Part shown: positions 38,072 to 48,686 of the stretch, piece after piece
Position numbering within the stretch: the first letter of the stretch is position 1
Layout: every line of letters starts with the position of its first letter
The notes under the pieces: model-generated
The model's database searches: none
What the model was told of the DNA's origin: nothing
What the model saw: only the letters and a program-made list of their open reading frames with translations
Source of the DNA: Octopus sinensis
Taxonomy: Eukaryota
NCBI RefSeq assembly: GCF_006345805.1
Contig: NW_021834504.1
Span: 1-48,686 of the forward strand
DNA length: 48,686 nucleotides
Direction of reading: 5' to 3'
Made by a program: the position numbers and the translations under genes

Positions 38072-38281
38072 TAGACAGCTGTATTCATATATACATGGGT
38101 ACTGTTTTTTTTAATGTTTTATTTATAATTGCTACACACACACATACACACACACATACACACACACACACAAACATTCACTAATACATACATACAATTG
38201 TATGTGTGTGCGTGTGTGTGTGTGTGTGTAGCAATTACAAATAAAACATAAAAACAGTAGCCCTGTACATATGAATACAGC

Positions 38282-38287
<6 letters not shown>
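38072..38287. repeat. Fold-back/MITE-like element with ~65-bp imperfect inverted arms around CA/TG repeats
   Basis: tagacagctgtattcatat...aattgctacacac versus gtgtgtagcaatt...atatgaatacagctgtcta. Confidence 0.8.
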
Positions 38288-38363
<76 letters not shown>

Positions 38364-38461
38364 CATCTACAAATGCATATATGTTTGTGTATGTGTAAAT
38401 ATATGTGACATATATATATATACATACGTATAATCAAGTGTACTATATATATTTATTTATA

Positions 38462-38536
<75 letters not shown>

Positions 38537-38565
38537 TTATTTATATATATTTATTTATATATATA

Positions 38566-38600
<35 letters not shown>

Positions 38601-38685
38601 GATATATATATTATATAATATATATTTATTTATTTATATATATTTATTTATATATATATTATATATATATATATATTATATATAT

Positions 38686-38742
<57 letters not shown>

Positions 38743-39304
38743 TTATATATTGACTGTTTTATGTGTGTGTGTGTGACCGTTTTATGTTGTTTTATGAGAA
38801 AGCGGTGAACGTCGTAAGTAGACAAATGACAAATGATAATTTACCGTCGGAGCTGCGCACGTCACATTTAATGATTCTAAACATTTTCCTTTCATTGTCT
38901 GTAGGTTTTCAGATAAACGCATGCACATTTTAGAAGAAGGCGCTGAACATAAATGTGTATCAACTGATGCTTAAAACTATAAATTCCTTAGTTGTGAATA
39001 AGGAGGGGTTTTTCAAACCAAATATTAATATGAGAAATTTGGTTTAGAGTCTAAGATTCTTACCATGCTACAGTAAGTAACGTTTTGTTGTTTTTTCCGC
39101 GGTCATTGCAACATTTAATGTTACAGTTTATATTTATACTTGCGCTTGTAATATTTATGGCTGTTTATGAGAATTTATCATGCATATTTGCAGCAGAACA
39201 AATAAATTTGTACTGTATTTTCTTTGTTTTTATGTTTTTACTTGCGTTCATCTAGTGGTATGCGTACCTAATCTGGTAAATTCTTACCAGGGCGTTTCGA
39301 ATAT

Positions 39305-39670
39305 TCGTTTGTTTCATTCATCAGACTGCGGTCGTGCTAGGGCACCACTTTATCGATCCAAGTGCTTATTTTCTTTTTTTAATCTTGGTCTTTCGCCACA
39401 CTGCTAAGTGACGGAGACATAAACACATCAGCACCGGTTGTCAAGAGGCGGTGGGTAACAAACATAGTCACAAAGACACACATACACATACACGTACATA
39501 CAGACACACTCACACACATAAATATATATGAGCTTCTTTCAGTTTCCGCCTACCAAATCCACCCACAAGGCTTTGATCGGCCCTAGGTAGAAAACACTTG
39601 GCCAAGCTGCTACGCAGTGGAACTGAACTTAAAGCCATATAGTTGGGAACCAAAATCTTACCACACAACC
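39305..39670 (-). mobile_element. SINE family B, diverged
   Basis: Tail and head recognisable by comparison with 43007-43410. Confidence 0.75.
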
Positions 39671-39849
39671 AGAAAAGTTGTTACAACGTTTGCTTATTTC
39701 ATGGATTATGACTAAAACAGTTTTAATGACTACTGATGCAGCCCAAATGGACTGCATTAGTAGTCATCATCATCATCATCATCATCATCACTAGGCTGCA
39801 TTGAGATGTTAGCCGGCTGTGTGATTCCAAAATAACAGAAAAGTGGTAC

Positions 39850-40312
39850 AAACACGAACCAGAGTCTGTGATGGAAAATGAAGATTACAAGATCATGCGG
39901 GACTTCATCGTAATAACTGAGCATACTGCTGTAGCAAACAGTCCGGATATGATGATAGAGGACATATTAATCGGACGGTACGAGATCATAGATTCGGCGA
40001 TTCCCTGTGATAGCAAAGTCGATACCAAAAGAACTGAAGAAATTGAGAAATACCAGGATCTAGCCAGAGAGCAGAGAAAATCGCAGAAGACCAAGACAAC
40101 AAATAATCCTGTAGTAATTGATGCACTTGTGCCGTGTGCAGCCATTAATAAAAGACTGAAAGAAGTTGGAATTCAATCTCACTTTGTCGATCTGTAGAAA
40201 AGTACCGTTCTATGTTCTGCAAGAATCCTAAGGAAGACTTTTGAGATTTGAAGAAACTCGTTGTCACCAAACATCAAGATAAACGCCTCCTGATTAAATT
40301 AGCATGCACTAG
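39850..40312 (+). pseudogene. Highly diverged R4-type RLE fragment ending in (TAA)n
   Basis: ENEDYKIMRDF...NSPDMMI...IIDSAIPCDSKVDTKRTEEIEKYQDLARE. Confidence 0.75.
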
Positions 40313-40313
40313 C

Positions 40314-40376
<63 letters not shown>

Positions 40377-40386
40377 GTAGTAGTAT

Positions 40387-40418
<32 letters not shown>

Positions 40419-40439
40419 ACAACAGCAGCAACAACAACA

Positions 40440-40916
40440 ATAATTGACCAGACAGTCATTAACGACAGAGAAGAAATTATTTGTAGAATAATAGATGTAA
40501 GTGTTCCCACTGATAAAAATATATCTGTAAAGGAATTGGATAAACTAAGTAAATATAAGGACCTGGAAATTGAAATACAAAAGATGTGGGATCTTAAAGT
40601 GAGAACTGTTCCTGTTATTGTGGGTGCCCTAGGTATGATAAGAAATGAATGTCAGAAACATCTAGATAATATCTTAGGATAACTATGTCACAAAGAAATC
40701 CGAAAGACAGTGCTGGCAAGTACTGTCCACATTCTTAGAAAAATCCTATCCATTTAAATATCTGTGTTGTGTTGCATGAAGATATTTCACTACTGCCCCT
40801 GCCACTCCCACTCCCCAAGCTTTCAGTCATACTGTAACGTCTCTTATCCTTCACTCACCCAAGGATGCTGGGTGTGTTCCGGCAAGTGATTGTAACAAAC
40901 ATGCAGAGTAAAAGTA

Positions 40917-40917
<1 letters not shown>
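40440..40917 (+). pseudogene. R4-type RLE fragment with a distinct 3' UTR, between (TAA)n tracts
   Basis: IIDVSVPTDKNISVKELDKLSKYKDLEIEIQKMWDLKVRTVPVIVGALG. Confidence 0.85.
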
Positions 40918-40988
<71 letters not shown>

Positions 40989-40989
<1 letters not shown>

Positions 40990-41542
40990 GCCCTGATGCA
41001 GTACCAGGCAGTGGCTCTCATGGCTTCTGATCTTAACTGATTGGAAGTGTTATCATGTTCATTGTTTTGTCTTGGTATAAAAGATGGGCTACAGCAAATA
41101 TTCTGCTCAATACCACAGATTTGCTTGTCAGTTGTTTGACCTAAACCAGTTGAGCATGTCCCTTAGTGGCTGACGATATGTGCATCTCTGATCACGAGTA
41201 GAAGTAGTGGGGGAGCATCATAGCCATGTGTTGAGAAGGATTCTTTGGGGTTTGAATAATTCACCTCTGGAAACATGGGTGTTTCGTTCAACGTCCTTAA
41301 ACAACCCTTATTCAGGGACCTTTTGAGCGGGATGGGTTACTCGACCTGAAGAAAATTCTAACTGGGCCCCACCTGCAAGGTCATGTGCTGTTTATCTTGA
41401 TATGAGATCACCATGTCGCGCACATATGGTTGTGATGCATGTGCCTGGTGTACCCTTATCAGACGGGTAGTCATATTGGTATGCTGGGCTTCGTATATTT
41501 TACCCCAGTGTCACTTTGATGGCATGCTCTGCTCGCTCACTC
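40989..41542 (+). mobile_element. Unclassified ~540-bp non-coding element in (TAA)n, copy 1
   Basis: cctgatgcagtaccagg...tcactc; homologous to 41606-42142 and 47619-48145. The strand label is only relative to the other copies. Confidence 0.85.
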
Positions 41543-41605
<63 letters not shown>

Positions 41606-42142
41606 CCCTGATGCGGTGCGGTACCAGACATTGGCTCTCATGGCTTCTGATCTTAACTGATTGGAAGTGTTATCATGTTCATTGTTTTGTCTTGGTATAA
41701 AAGACGGGCTACAGCAAATATTCTGCTCAATACCACAGATTTGCATGTCAGTTGTTTGACCTTAACCAGTTGAGCATGTCCCTTGGTGGCTGACGATATG
41801 TGCATCTCTGATCACGAGCAGAAGTAGTGGGGGAGTATCATAGCCATGTGTTGAGAGGGATTCTTTGGGGTTTGAATAGTTCACCTCTGGAAACATGGGT
41901 GTTTCGTTCAACATCCTTAAACAACCCTTATTCAGGGACCTTTTGAGCGGGATGGGTTACTCGACCTGAAGAAAATTCTAACTGGGCCCCACTTGCAAGG
42001 TCATGTGCTGTTTATCTTGCTATGAGATCACCATGTCGCGCACATATGGTTGTGATGCATGTGTCTAGTGTACTCTTATCAGATGGGTAGTCATGATGAC
42101 TATACTGGGGTCCATATATTTTATCCCACTACTCTCTCACTC
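41606..42142 (+). mobile_element. Unclassified ~540-bp element in (TAA)n, copy 2
   Basis: Same ends as copy 1; scattered substitutions and a small deletion near the right end. Confidence 0.85.
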
Positions 42143-42202
<60 letters not shown>

Positions 42203-42224
42203 CAACAACAACAACAATAACAAC

Positions 42225-42745
42225 AACAACAAAAAGAAAAAGATAGTATAGACACACCCCAGAAAAGGTCACAGAAAATGAGAAAGCAGCCATACTCTGG
42301 GATATGCCAATACACACAAATAGAGAAACCAAGGCTAATAGATCGGATATAGTTGTCAGAGATAGGTAAAATAAAAGGATGCCTTCTAATTGATGTATCA
42401 ATACCAACAGATGACAACGCTTCTCTAAAAGAAATTGAGAAACTTTCAAAATACAAAGACCTAGAAATAGAGGTAACTTGTACGTGGAATCTAAAAATAA
42501 AAACAATTCCTATCATATTAGGTGCATTAGGTATAATTAAAAAACATTCAGATAAATACATAACAAAAACACCAAGACTTGCAAGTATATATAGCATACA
42601 GAAAATAGCACAACTAGGCACCGCACAAATCCTAGTAAAATACTCTCAATATAATAAAAATAAGAGCATCACAACAAACCACAGCACATGCCCAAGGAAC
42701 ACAGAGCTGCGATCGGTAGTGCAGTGAAATCACGTAATAAAAATC
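42225..42745 (+). mobile_element. 5'-truncated, decayed R4/Dong copy of the 20383 family
   Basis: HTPEKVTENEKAAILWDMPIHTNRE...LIDVSIPTDDNASLKEIEKLSKYKDLE plus matching 3' UTR; in-frame stops. Confidence 0.9.
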
Positions 42746-42758
42746 AGACTTCTAAATT

Positions 42759-42789
<31 letters not shown>

Positions 42790-42935
42790 CGATAAAGATA
42801 ATGATGATGATGATGGTGATGATGGTGATGATGACGATGATGATGATAATTATCAATATTAATAATATTATCAATAATAATAATAATTATTATTATTATT
42901 ATTATCATTATTATTATTATTATTGTTGTTGTTGG

Positions 42936-42972
<37 letters not shown>

Positions 42973-43006
42973 ATAACTTTACTTACAAGTAAAGTTATAC
43001 AAGTAA

Positions 43007-43410
43007 AGGCGCAGGAGTGGCTGTTTGGTAAGTAGCTTGCTAACCAACCACATGGTTCCGGGTTCAGTCCCACTGCGTGGCATCTTGGGCAAGTGTCTTC
43101 TGCTATAGCTTCGGGCCGACCAATGCCTTGTGAGTGGATTTGGTAGACGGAAACTGAAAGAAGCCTGTCGTATATATGTATATATATATATAAGTGTGTG
43201 TGAATATGTTTGTGTGTCTGTGTTTGTTCCCCCAGCATTGCTTGACAACTGATGCTGGTGTGTTTACGTCCCCGTCACCTAGCGGTTCGGCAAAAGAGAC
43301 CGATAGAATAAGTACTGGGCTTACAAAGAATAAGTCCCGGGGTCGAGTTGCTCGACTAAAGGCGGTGCTCCAGCATGGCCGCAGTCAAATGACTGAAACA
43401 AGTAAAAAGA
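43007..43410 (+). mobile_element. SINE family B, full length
   Basis: tRNA-like head with A/B-box-like motifs (tggctgtttgg; ggttcagtccc), CORE-like cttgggcaagtgtctt, internal TA/TG repeat and 3' tail. Confidence 0.88.
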
Positions 43411-43725
43411 GAGACAAATGCTGCCAGATCATTGATGTAGCTATACCAAATGGCATGAATTCTGCAAGTAAAGAGGTTGAAAAAATCACCAAGTACTCCG
43501 AACTGAAAGTGGAAATAGCAAGACTGTATGGAATACCAGAGGGAAATGCAAAAGTGATACCAGTGGTGATCGGAGCGTTGGGCTCGATCCCATTGAAACT
43601 TCAAGAATTCTTAAGGCAACTGGAAATCCCATGCAAAATTGATGTCTTGCAAAAAGCAGCCCTTATTGGGCACATCGCACATCTTAAGGAAAGTATTATC
43701 TGTCTGAAGTTCTTGTTGTAGCTTG
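43411..43725 (+). pseudogene. Diverged R4-type RLE C-terminal fragment
   Basis: IIDVAIPNG...KEVEKITKYSELKVEIARLY...VIPVVIGALGSIP...LQKAALIG. Confidence 0.8.
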
Positions 43726-43799
43726 ACAGATGACTAAAGACTCCGGTGCATTTTAACCTACACTATGTTACGAAGGAATAATATGTTAATGCAAAACGT

Positions 43800-44297
43800 G
43801 TTGTGTTTATTGACTATCTTCAAAATGATTACATCATCAATGGAAAGTTCAATGCCAGCTTACTAAGGCAGTTATGAAAGGCTATCAAGACCCAGCGCCC
43901 AGAAAAACTGATGAATGGGGTCCTTGTTTCATTAGGACAATGCTTCAGCACACAAATCCTTGGTTTTCAATGACTGCTGTGCGTGACTGGCTTTGAACTG
44001 GTTGATCACCCCTCCCTATGTTGGTGATTTTGGTTCCATCTGGTTATCATCTGTTTTCCGAACATGAAAAAACACTCAGCTGGGCACCAGTATTGTTGTG
44101 ATGATGACGTCTCACCTGCTGTTGGTAACTTTTTTTGACCAACAGAAAAGCTTCTTCACCAGTGCAATCCAAGCACTGCAACTACTGATGGAAGTGTGTG
44201 GACAGTAAAAGGAACTATGTTACTAAATGAACTTCATTTGGTCCCATTCCATGACAGTGTCTTGCTCAGCCCGTGAACATTTCAGCAAACCCTCATT
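43800..44297 (+). mobile_element. mariner transposase 3' remnant with right TIR
   Basis: IDYLQ...INGKFNASLLRQL*KAIKTQRPEK...FH*DNASAH...FELVDHP...PSGYHLFPNMKK; ends with TIR-like gaacatttcagcaaaccctc. Confidence 0.8.
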
Positions 44298-44615
44298 GTA
44301 TTTAAAATTATTATGATGCCTGCATGTTTTAATGTTAACTTTGAAAACTCCACTTTTTTCGTAAAAATAAAAGTTGAACCTGGGTTTGAACCCCATAAGG
44401 AAATTTTGTTCCTGGTTGAAATATTAAATTCCGAATCAAAGAGTGATTGTGTTTATTTTCATATTACCCACGCACATTTATAATCATATCTGAAGAAAAC
44501 ATCCCTTTCATAAATGTGTGTATATATATATATATAATATATATATATATACATATATGCAAATACACTCATGATAAAATGGGTAATAAATACATATATA
44601 TAATATATGTATATA

Positions 44616-44649
<34 letters not shown>

Positions 44650-44650
44650 C

Positions 44651-44713
<63 letters not shown>

Positions 44714-45745
44714 TATATTATATATATATACATATATATATATAATATATATATATATTCACTACAGCGGTGGTGCATTTTCTAGTAGCTCGCATGTATA
44801 ATTTGTTGATGTACTAACGAGACTGTTGAAACGAAAGTTGTGAAACATCCACTCTTCATTTGATTTGATGTAAAGAGAATAAATTTAATTACATCCACCC
44901 ATTTTGACAATCGATCTTTCATTTACTTAACTAATTTGACATATATGAAGGGTGGAGTTAAATCCATCTCAAGACAAGCTTGAGCGGAACATTGAAATAC
45001 GAACAAATAAACAAAATTGGCGACATTCCAGGTAGACAGTTTTCAGAAATTAATACAGGTGTAAAGTGGATAGATTTGTCTGCTTCAAATTAATGAAATT
45101 ATATTTGATATGTGACACTAACATTGAGAAGCTTTCAAGCTTCTTTCATTGCTTATATATACAAAGAAACAATCAGATATGAAATATAAAGTAATAAAAT
45201 ATAGATTTATTTTTAATTTTCTTTTGATGGATGAGTAAACCTAGCATTAGTTGACGCAAGTGTGGGTGTGGGCTGAAAAAGCTTACTTCCCAGCCATTTT
45301 GTCTTGGATTCAGTTCCACTACACGGCATTTCTGGCATGTATCTTTTACAATAGTATCGCGACAGAAAATGCTTTGCGAATGAATTTGAAGAACGGAAAC
45401 TGAATAAAGCCCAACGTATATATACGAGAGAGTGCAGGAAAGTTCCTAGCTGTAAGGGTATTGCGGAAGACGTCGTTGGAGAGCCCAACCTTCCGAGTTC
45501 TTTTACAAGGATTTTTAAAAAACTGAAGAATCGCTGCGATACGTGTGTGAATCTGAGAGAGGAATATGTTGGATAAAATCATAATTAACTGATTCTCTTG
45601 TATTTTCCTTTACTCAAAGTCAGGAACTTTTCAGTACCAATTTCTATGTACGTATGTATGTATGTATGTATGTATGTATGTATGTATGTATGTATGTATG
45701 TATGTATGTATGTATGTATGTATGTATGTATGCATGTATGTGTGT

Positions 45746-45805
<60 letters not shown>

Positions 45806-45848
45806 ACACATATATAATGAGTTAAAAACGTATAATAAAGGCACAAAC

Positions 45849-45919
<71 letters not shown>

Positions 45920-46386
45920 TGTAACAAGTAATATTTAGGATTTCATTAATTTATACTATGACTTAAAATCTGTATTTGTATTATTATCTTATCTATTGAT
46001 TATATAATATTTTTGTATGCTTTTGATATTCTCATTTGTAAAATGAATAAATAATCCAACATTATAATATCTGTAAGTTGATGAACAAACCAAATTTGTT
46101 TCTCCATTTTCTTATTTGTATTATATATATATATATCATGAGTCCAAAATATATATTAAAAGCACAAACAGACACGGATGGTCGCCAATTCCTCATCAGT
46201 TATCGGCCAGCGGGCCAATCGCAATTTCGCGCCTAACCGATAATATTGCATTCCTACTGGTGGCGCAGACACCGCCGGGAATTGGCAAGACAAAAAACAA
46301 CAGGATAGAAAAGGAACAAACAGGCAAGAAGACGATATAGAAGATTAACGTACAGATGTGGAATAAATGTAATCCAATTCGTGACA

Positions 46387-46425
<39 letters not shown>

Positions 46426-47084
46426 GCATGTGTGTGTTCGTATGTATATACATATGTATATATTATTGTGTTCGTGTTTTTGTGCAGCGAGAATGAAGTG
46501 CTTTTCTCAATATTACAACAGCCCGCTCTATCCGGGAATCGAAACTACGAGTGTAACACCCTAACCACTAGGCCGTGCACTCTCAGTGGAATGATTCGAG
46601 GGGTGGGGAATTTAAAAGAAGCACCGAGAAAGATACAGCAAAAGAAATCTGAGACATACATTTGAACAGTAAACAAGATTTTAAAAATAAGAACATAATT
46701 AAGATCTACAAAATAAACCCAGAAATAAGTTTGCAGGCATTTGAGGGTTTTCATATTAACCATTCTAAAACCAGTTAAATGTTGCATATGTCTAATATGT
46801 TGTTTTTTTTCCACGACACACTCTAAACTTCCAGAAAAATTTTCAGTTGCAATTTTTTTTTTTTTTTTTTAGACTGGTTAAAATTATCTGGAGATACTTA
46901 AAGACCATTTATTACTGTATATCTACGTCAGCTACAGAAAGTCACTTCTGCAATAGAGAAATTGTTGTTATTGCTGTTGCAGTTGTTGCTGTTGCAGTTG
47001 TTGTTGTTGTTGTTGTTGTTGTTGTTCTTTTTTTGTTCTTGTTCTTGTTCTTGTTCTTGTTGTTACTGCTGTTTGCTGTTGAGC

Positions 47085-47405
47085 GAACGGTCTTCGTCCC
47101 AGAGCTCGCAAGATGGGAGAAGACCGAAACGTAGTCCTTTGCTATTCATAAAACCCGCAGAAGAGAAAGCAGGTCAACCCCCGACACCGAGAGCATCGAC
47201 GGATGGATGAATGCGCATCCGGGATCAGCGGTTGCGTATGAAGTCGGGGACAAGAAGCAGGAAGAAAGAGAGAGAGAAAGTTGGAGCGAAAGAGTACAAA
47301 CAGGGGTCGCCACCCCCCCCTGCCGGAGCCTCGTGGAGTTTTAGGTGTTTTCGCTCAATAAACATACACAATGCTCGGTCTGGGAATCGAAACCGCGATC
47401 CTCCG
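47085..47405 (-). mobile_element. SINE related to family C (same tRNA head and body start, different 3' end) with (AAC)n tail
   Basis: Minus ggatcgcggtttcgattcccagaccg...gcgaaaacacctaa.actccacg.ggctcc.gcag as in 7757-8045; 3' hairpin at 47089-47125. Confidence 0.7.
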
Positions 47406-47618
47406 ACCTGTTGTTGCTGCTGCTGTTGTTGTTCCCATCAGTTGTTCCCATTCTGAGTTCACCGAATTCAACTTTGCCTCCCATCCTTTCGGGAGTCGAT
47501 AAAATAAAATACGAGTCAAGCATTAGGTTCGACGAAAACGATTAATCTCCAACAGTGCTGGCCTTGTGCCTAATCAGAAACGAATTTTACTTTTATCATT
47601 GTTGTTGTTATTATTATT

Positions 47619-48144
47619 GACAGAGGGCAGCTCGTGCCATCAAAGTAACTAAACCCAATATAATCATCATGATTACTCGTTTGATAAGAGTATATCAGAG
47701 ACGTGCATCACAACCATATGTGCACGATACGGTGATCTTTTATCAAGATAAACAGCGCATGACCTTGCATGTGGTGCCCAGTTAGAATGTTCTTTAGGTT
47801 GAGTAACCCAACTTGCTCAAAAGTTCCCTGAATAAGGGTTGTTTAAGGATGTAAACGAAAGACCTATGTATCCAAAGGTGAATTATTCAAACTTCAAAAA
47901 ATTCCTCTCAACACATGACTATGTTACTCCTCCACTACTCCTGCTGATCAGAGATGCACATATCGTCAGCCACTAAGGAACATGTTCAACTGGTTACGGT
48001 CAAGTAACTGACAAGCAAATCTGTGGTATTGAGCAGAATATTTGCTGTAGCCGATCTTTTTTACACCAAGACAAAACATGTATATGTTAACACTTCTGAG
48101 TTAAGATCAAAAGCCATGAGAGCCACTGTTTGGTATTGCATCAG

Positions 48145-48145
<1 letters not shown>
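47619..48145 (-). mobile_element. Unclassified ~540-bp element in (TTA)n, copy 3 (opposite orientation, more diverged)
   Basis: Reverse complement starts cctgatgcaataccaaacagtggctctcatggc and ends ctgtcaataataa. Confidence 0.85.
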
Positions 48146-48214
<69 letters not shown>

Positions 48215-48686
48215 GGTAGTGAGCCGACAGAATCGTTAGCGCAGCAGAAGGCAGGCTATGAGTCTCCATCTTTTAGGGATTCATGTTTCTGTAGTCTTAA
48301 GGAATAAAACTGATTCCCTCACTCAGGTGTTGTATCTGGCTCCTGTAGTCTCTTACTCAATAGCTCTGCTACCACTTTCTCTGTTCCTCCTCTGAATATT
48401 CGAACCAGAATTTTTGTCATCTTATCCTTTCCTGATGTCTTCCTGCTGTTTTGTTTTTGTAGCGTCTGGGCTACTCCTTGAATTAATATCCTCTCCGTCG
48501 TTTATAAGTAACATCTGAATATAGATTTAAAGTTATGGCTTCAAAAACATGTTTGGCAGATAAAAATTGAAATTTAAGATTAAAAATAAATAAATCATGA
48601 AATAAATACGTAAATAGTTAAATGACTAAAGACAGAAAGGAAAGAAGAAAAAACGGGAAGAAAATAATGATAGAAATTAGAATTTA

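Noticed and set aside
39285-39325. Minus-strand CUGAUGA...GAAACGC motif
   Set aside because: The tcatcag comes from a mutated SINE B tail, stem II is poor and U16.1 is missing.
47070-47135. Hairpin followed by GAAACGTA read as a hammerhead or HDV-like ribozyme
   Set aside because: No CUGANGA adjacent to the stem; the helix order is a simple hairpin, not the HDV double pseudoknot.
48250-48520. Purine-rich minus-strand stretch that looks coding
   Set aside because: Stops in all frames examined and no recognisable domain.

Overview
AT-rich, microsatellite-saturated animal DNA with no convincing host protein-coding exon, rRNA, tRNA gene or CRISPR array. It is probably octopus/cephalopod intronic or intergenic sequence, inferred from recalled SINE families and not checked against a database. 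Almost all supplied ORFs are microsatellite artefacts. The real coding remnants are transposons. (1) A nearly intact, 5'-truncated R4/Dong-type RLE retrotransposon (20383-23088, minus) plus about 8 shorter R4-like fragments, mostly embedded in (TAA)n. (2) A frameshifted Penelope-like element with RT and GIY-YIG (24563-27505, plus). (3) RTE fragments, a DD37D maT-type and a mariner transposase relic, and many tRNA-derived SINEs. The most notable signal, invisible in the ORF track, is a set of hammerhead ribozyme (HHR) motifs. A 531-bp tandem array (2836-4568) carries a canonical type I HHR in each of three units on the minus strand and ends in a ~265-bp fold-back arm, a retrozyme/Penelope pLTR-like architecture. 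A second fold-back unit (1232-1995) carries a mutated HHR. The Penelope 3' end has a U3-A8 variant HHR. Further minimal HHRs lie at 5058, 6090, 12078 and 28365. An unclassified ~540-bp element occurs three times, always inside (TAA)n, alongside the R4/Dong copies. Boundaries were read by eye and may be off by a few to tens of bases.
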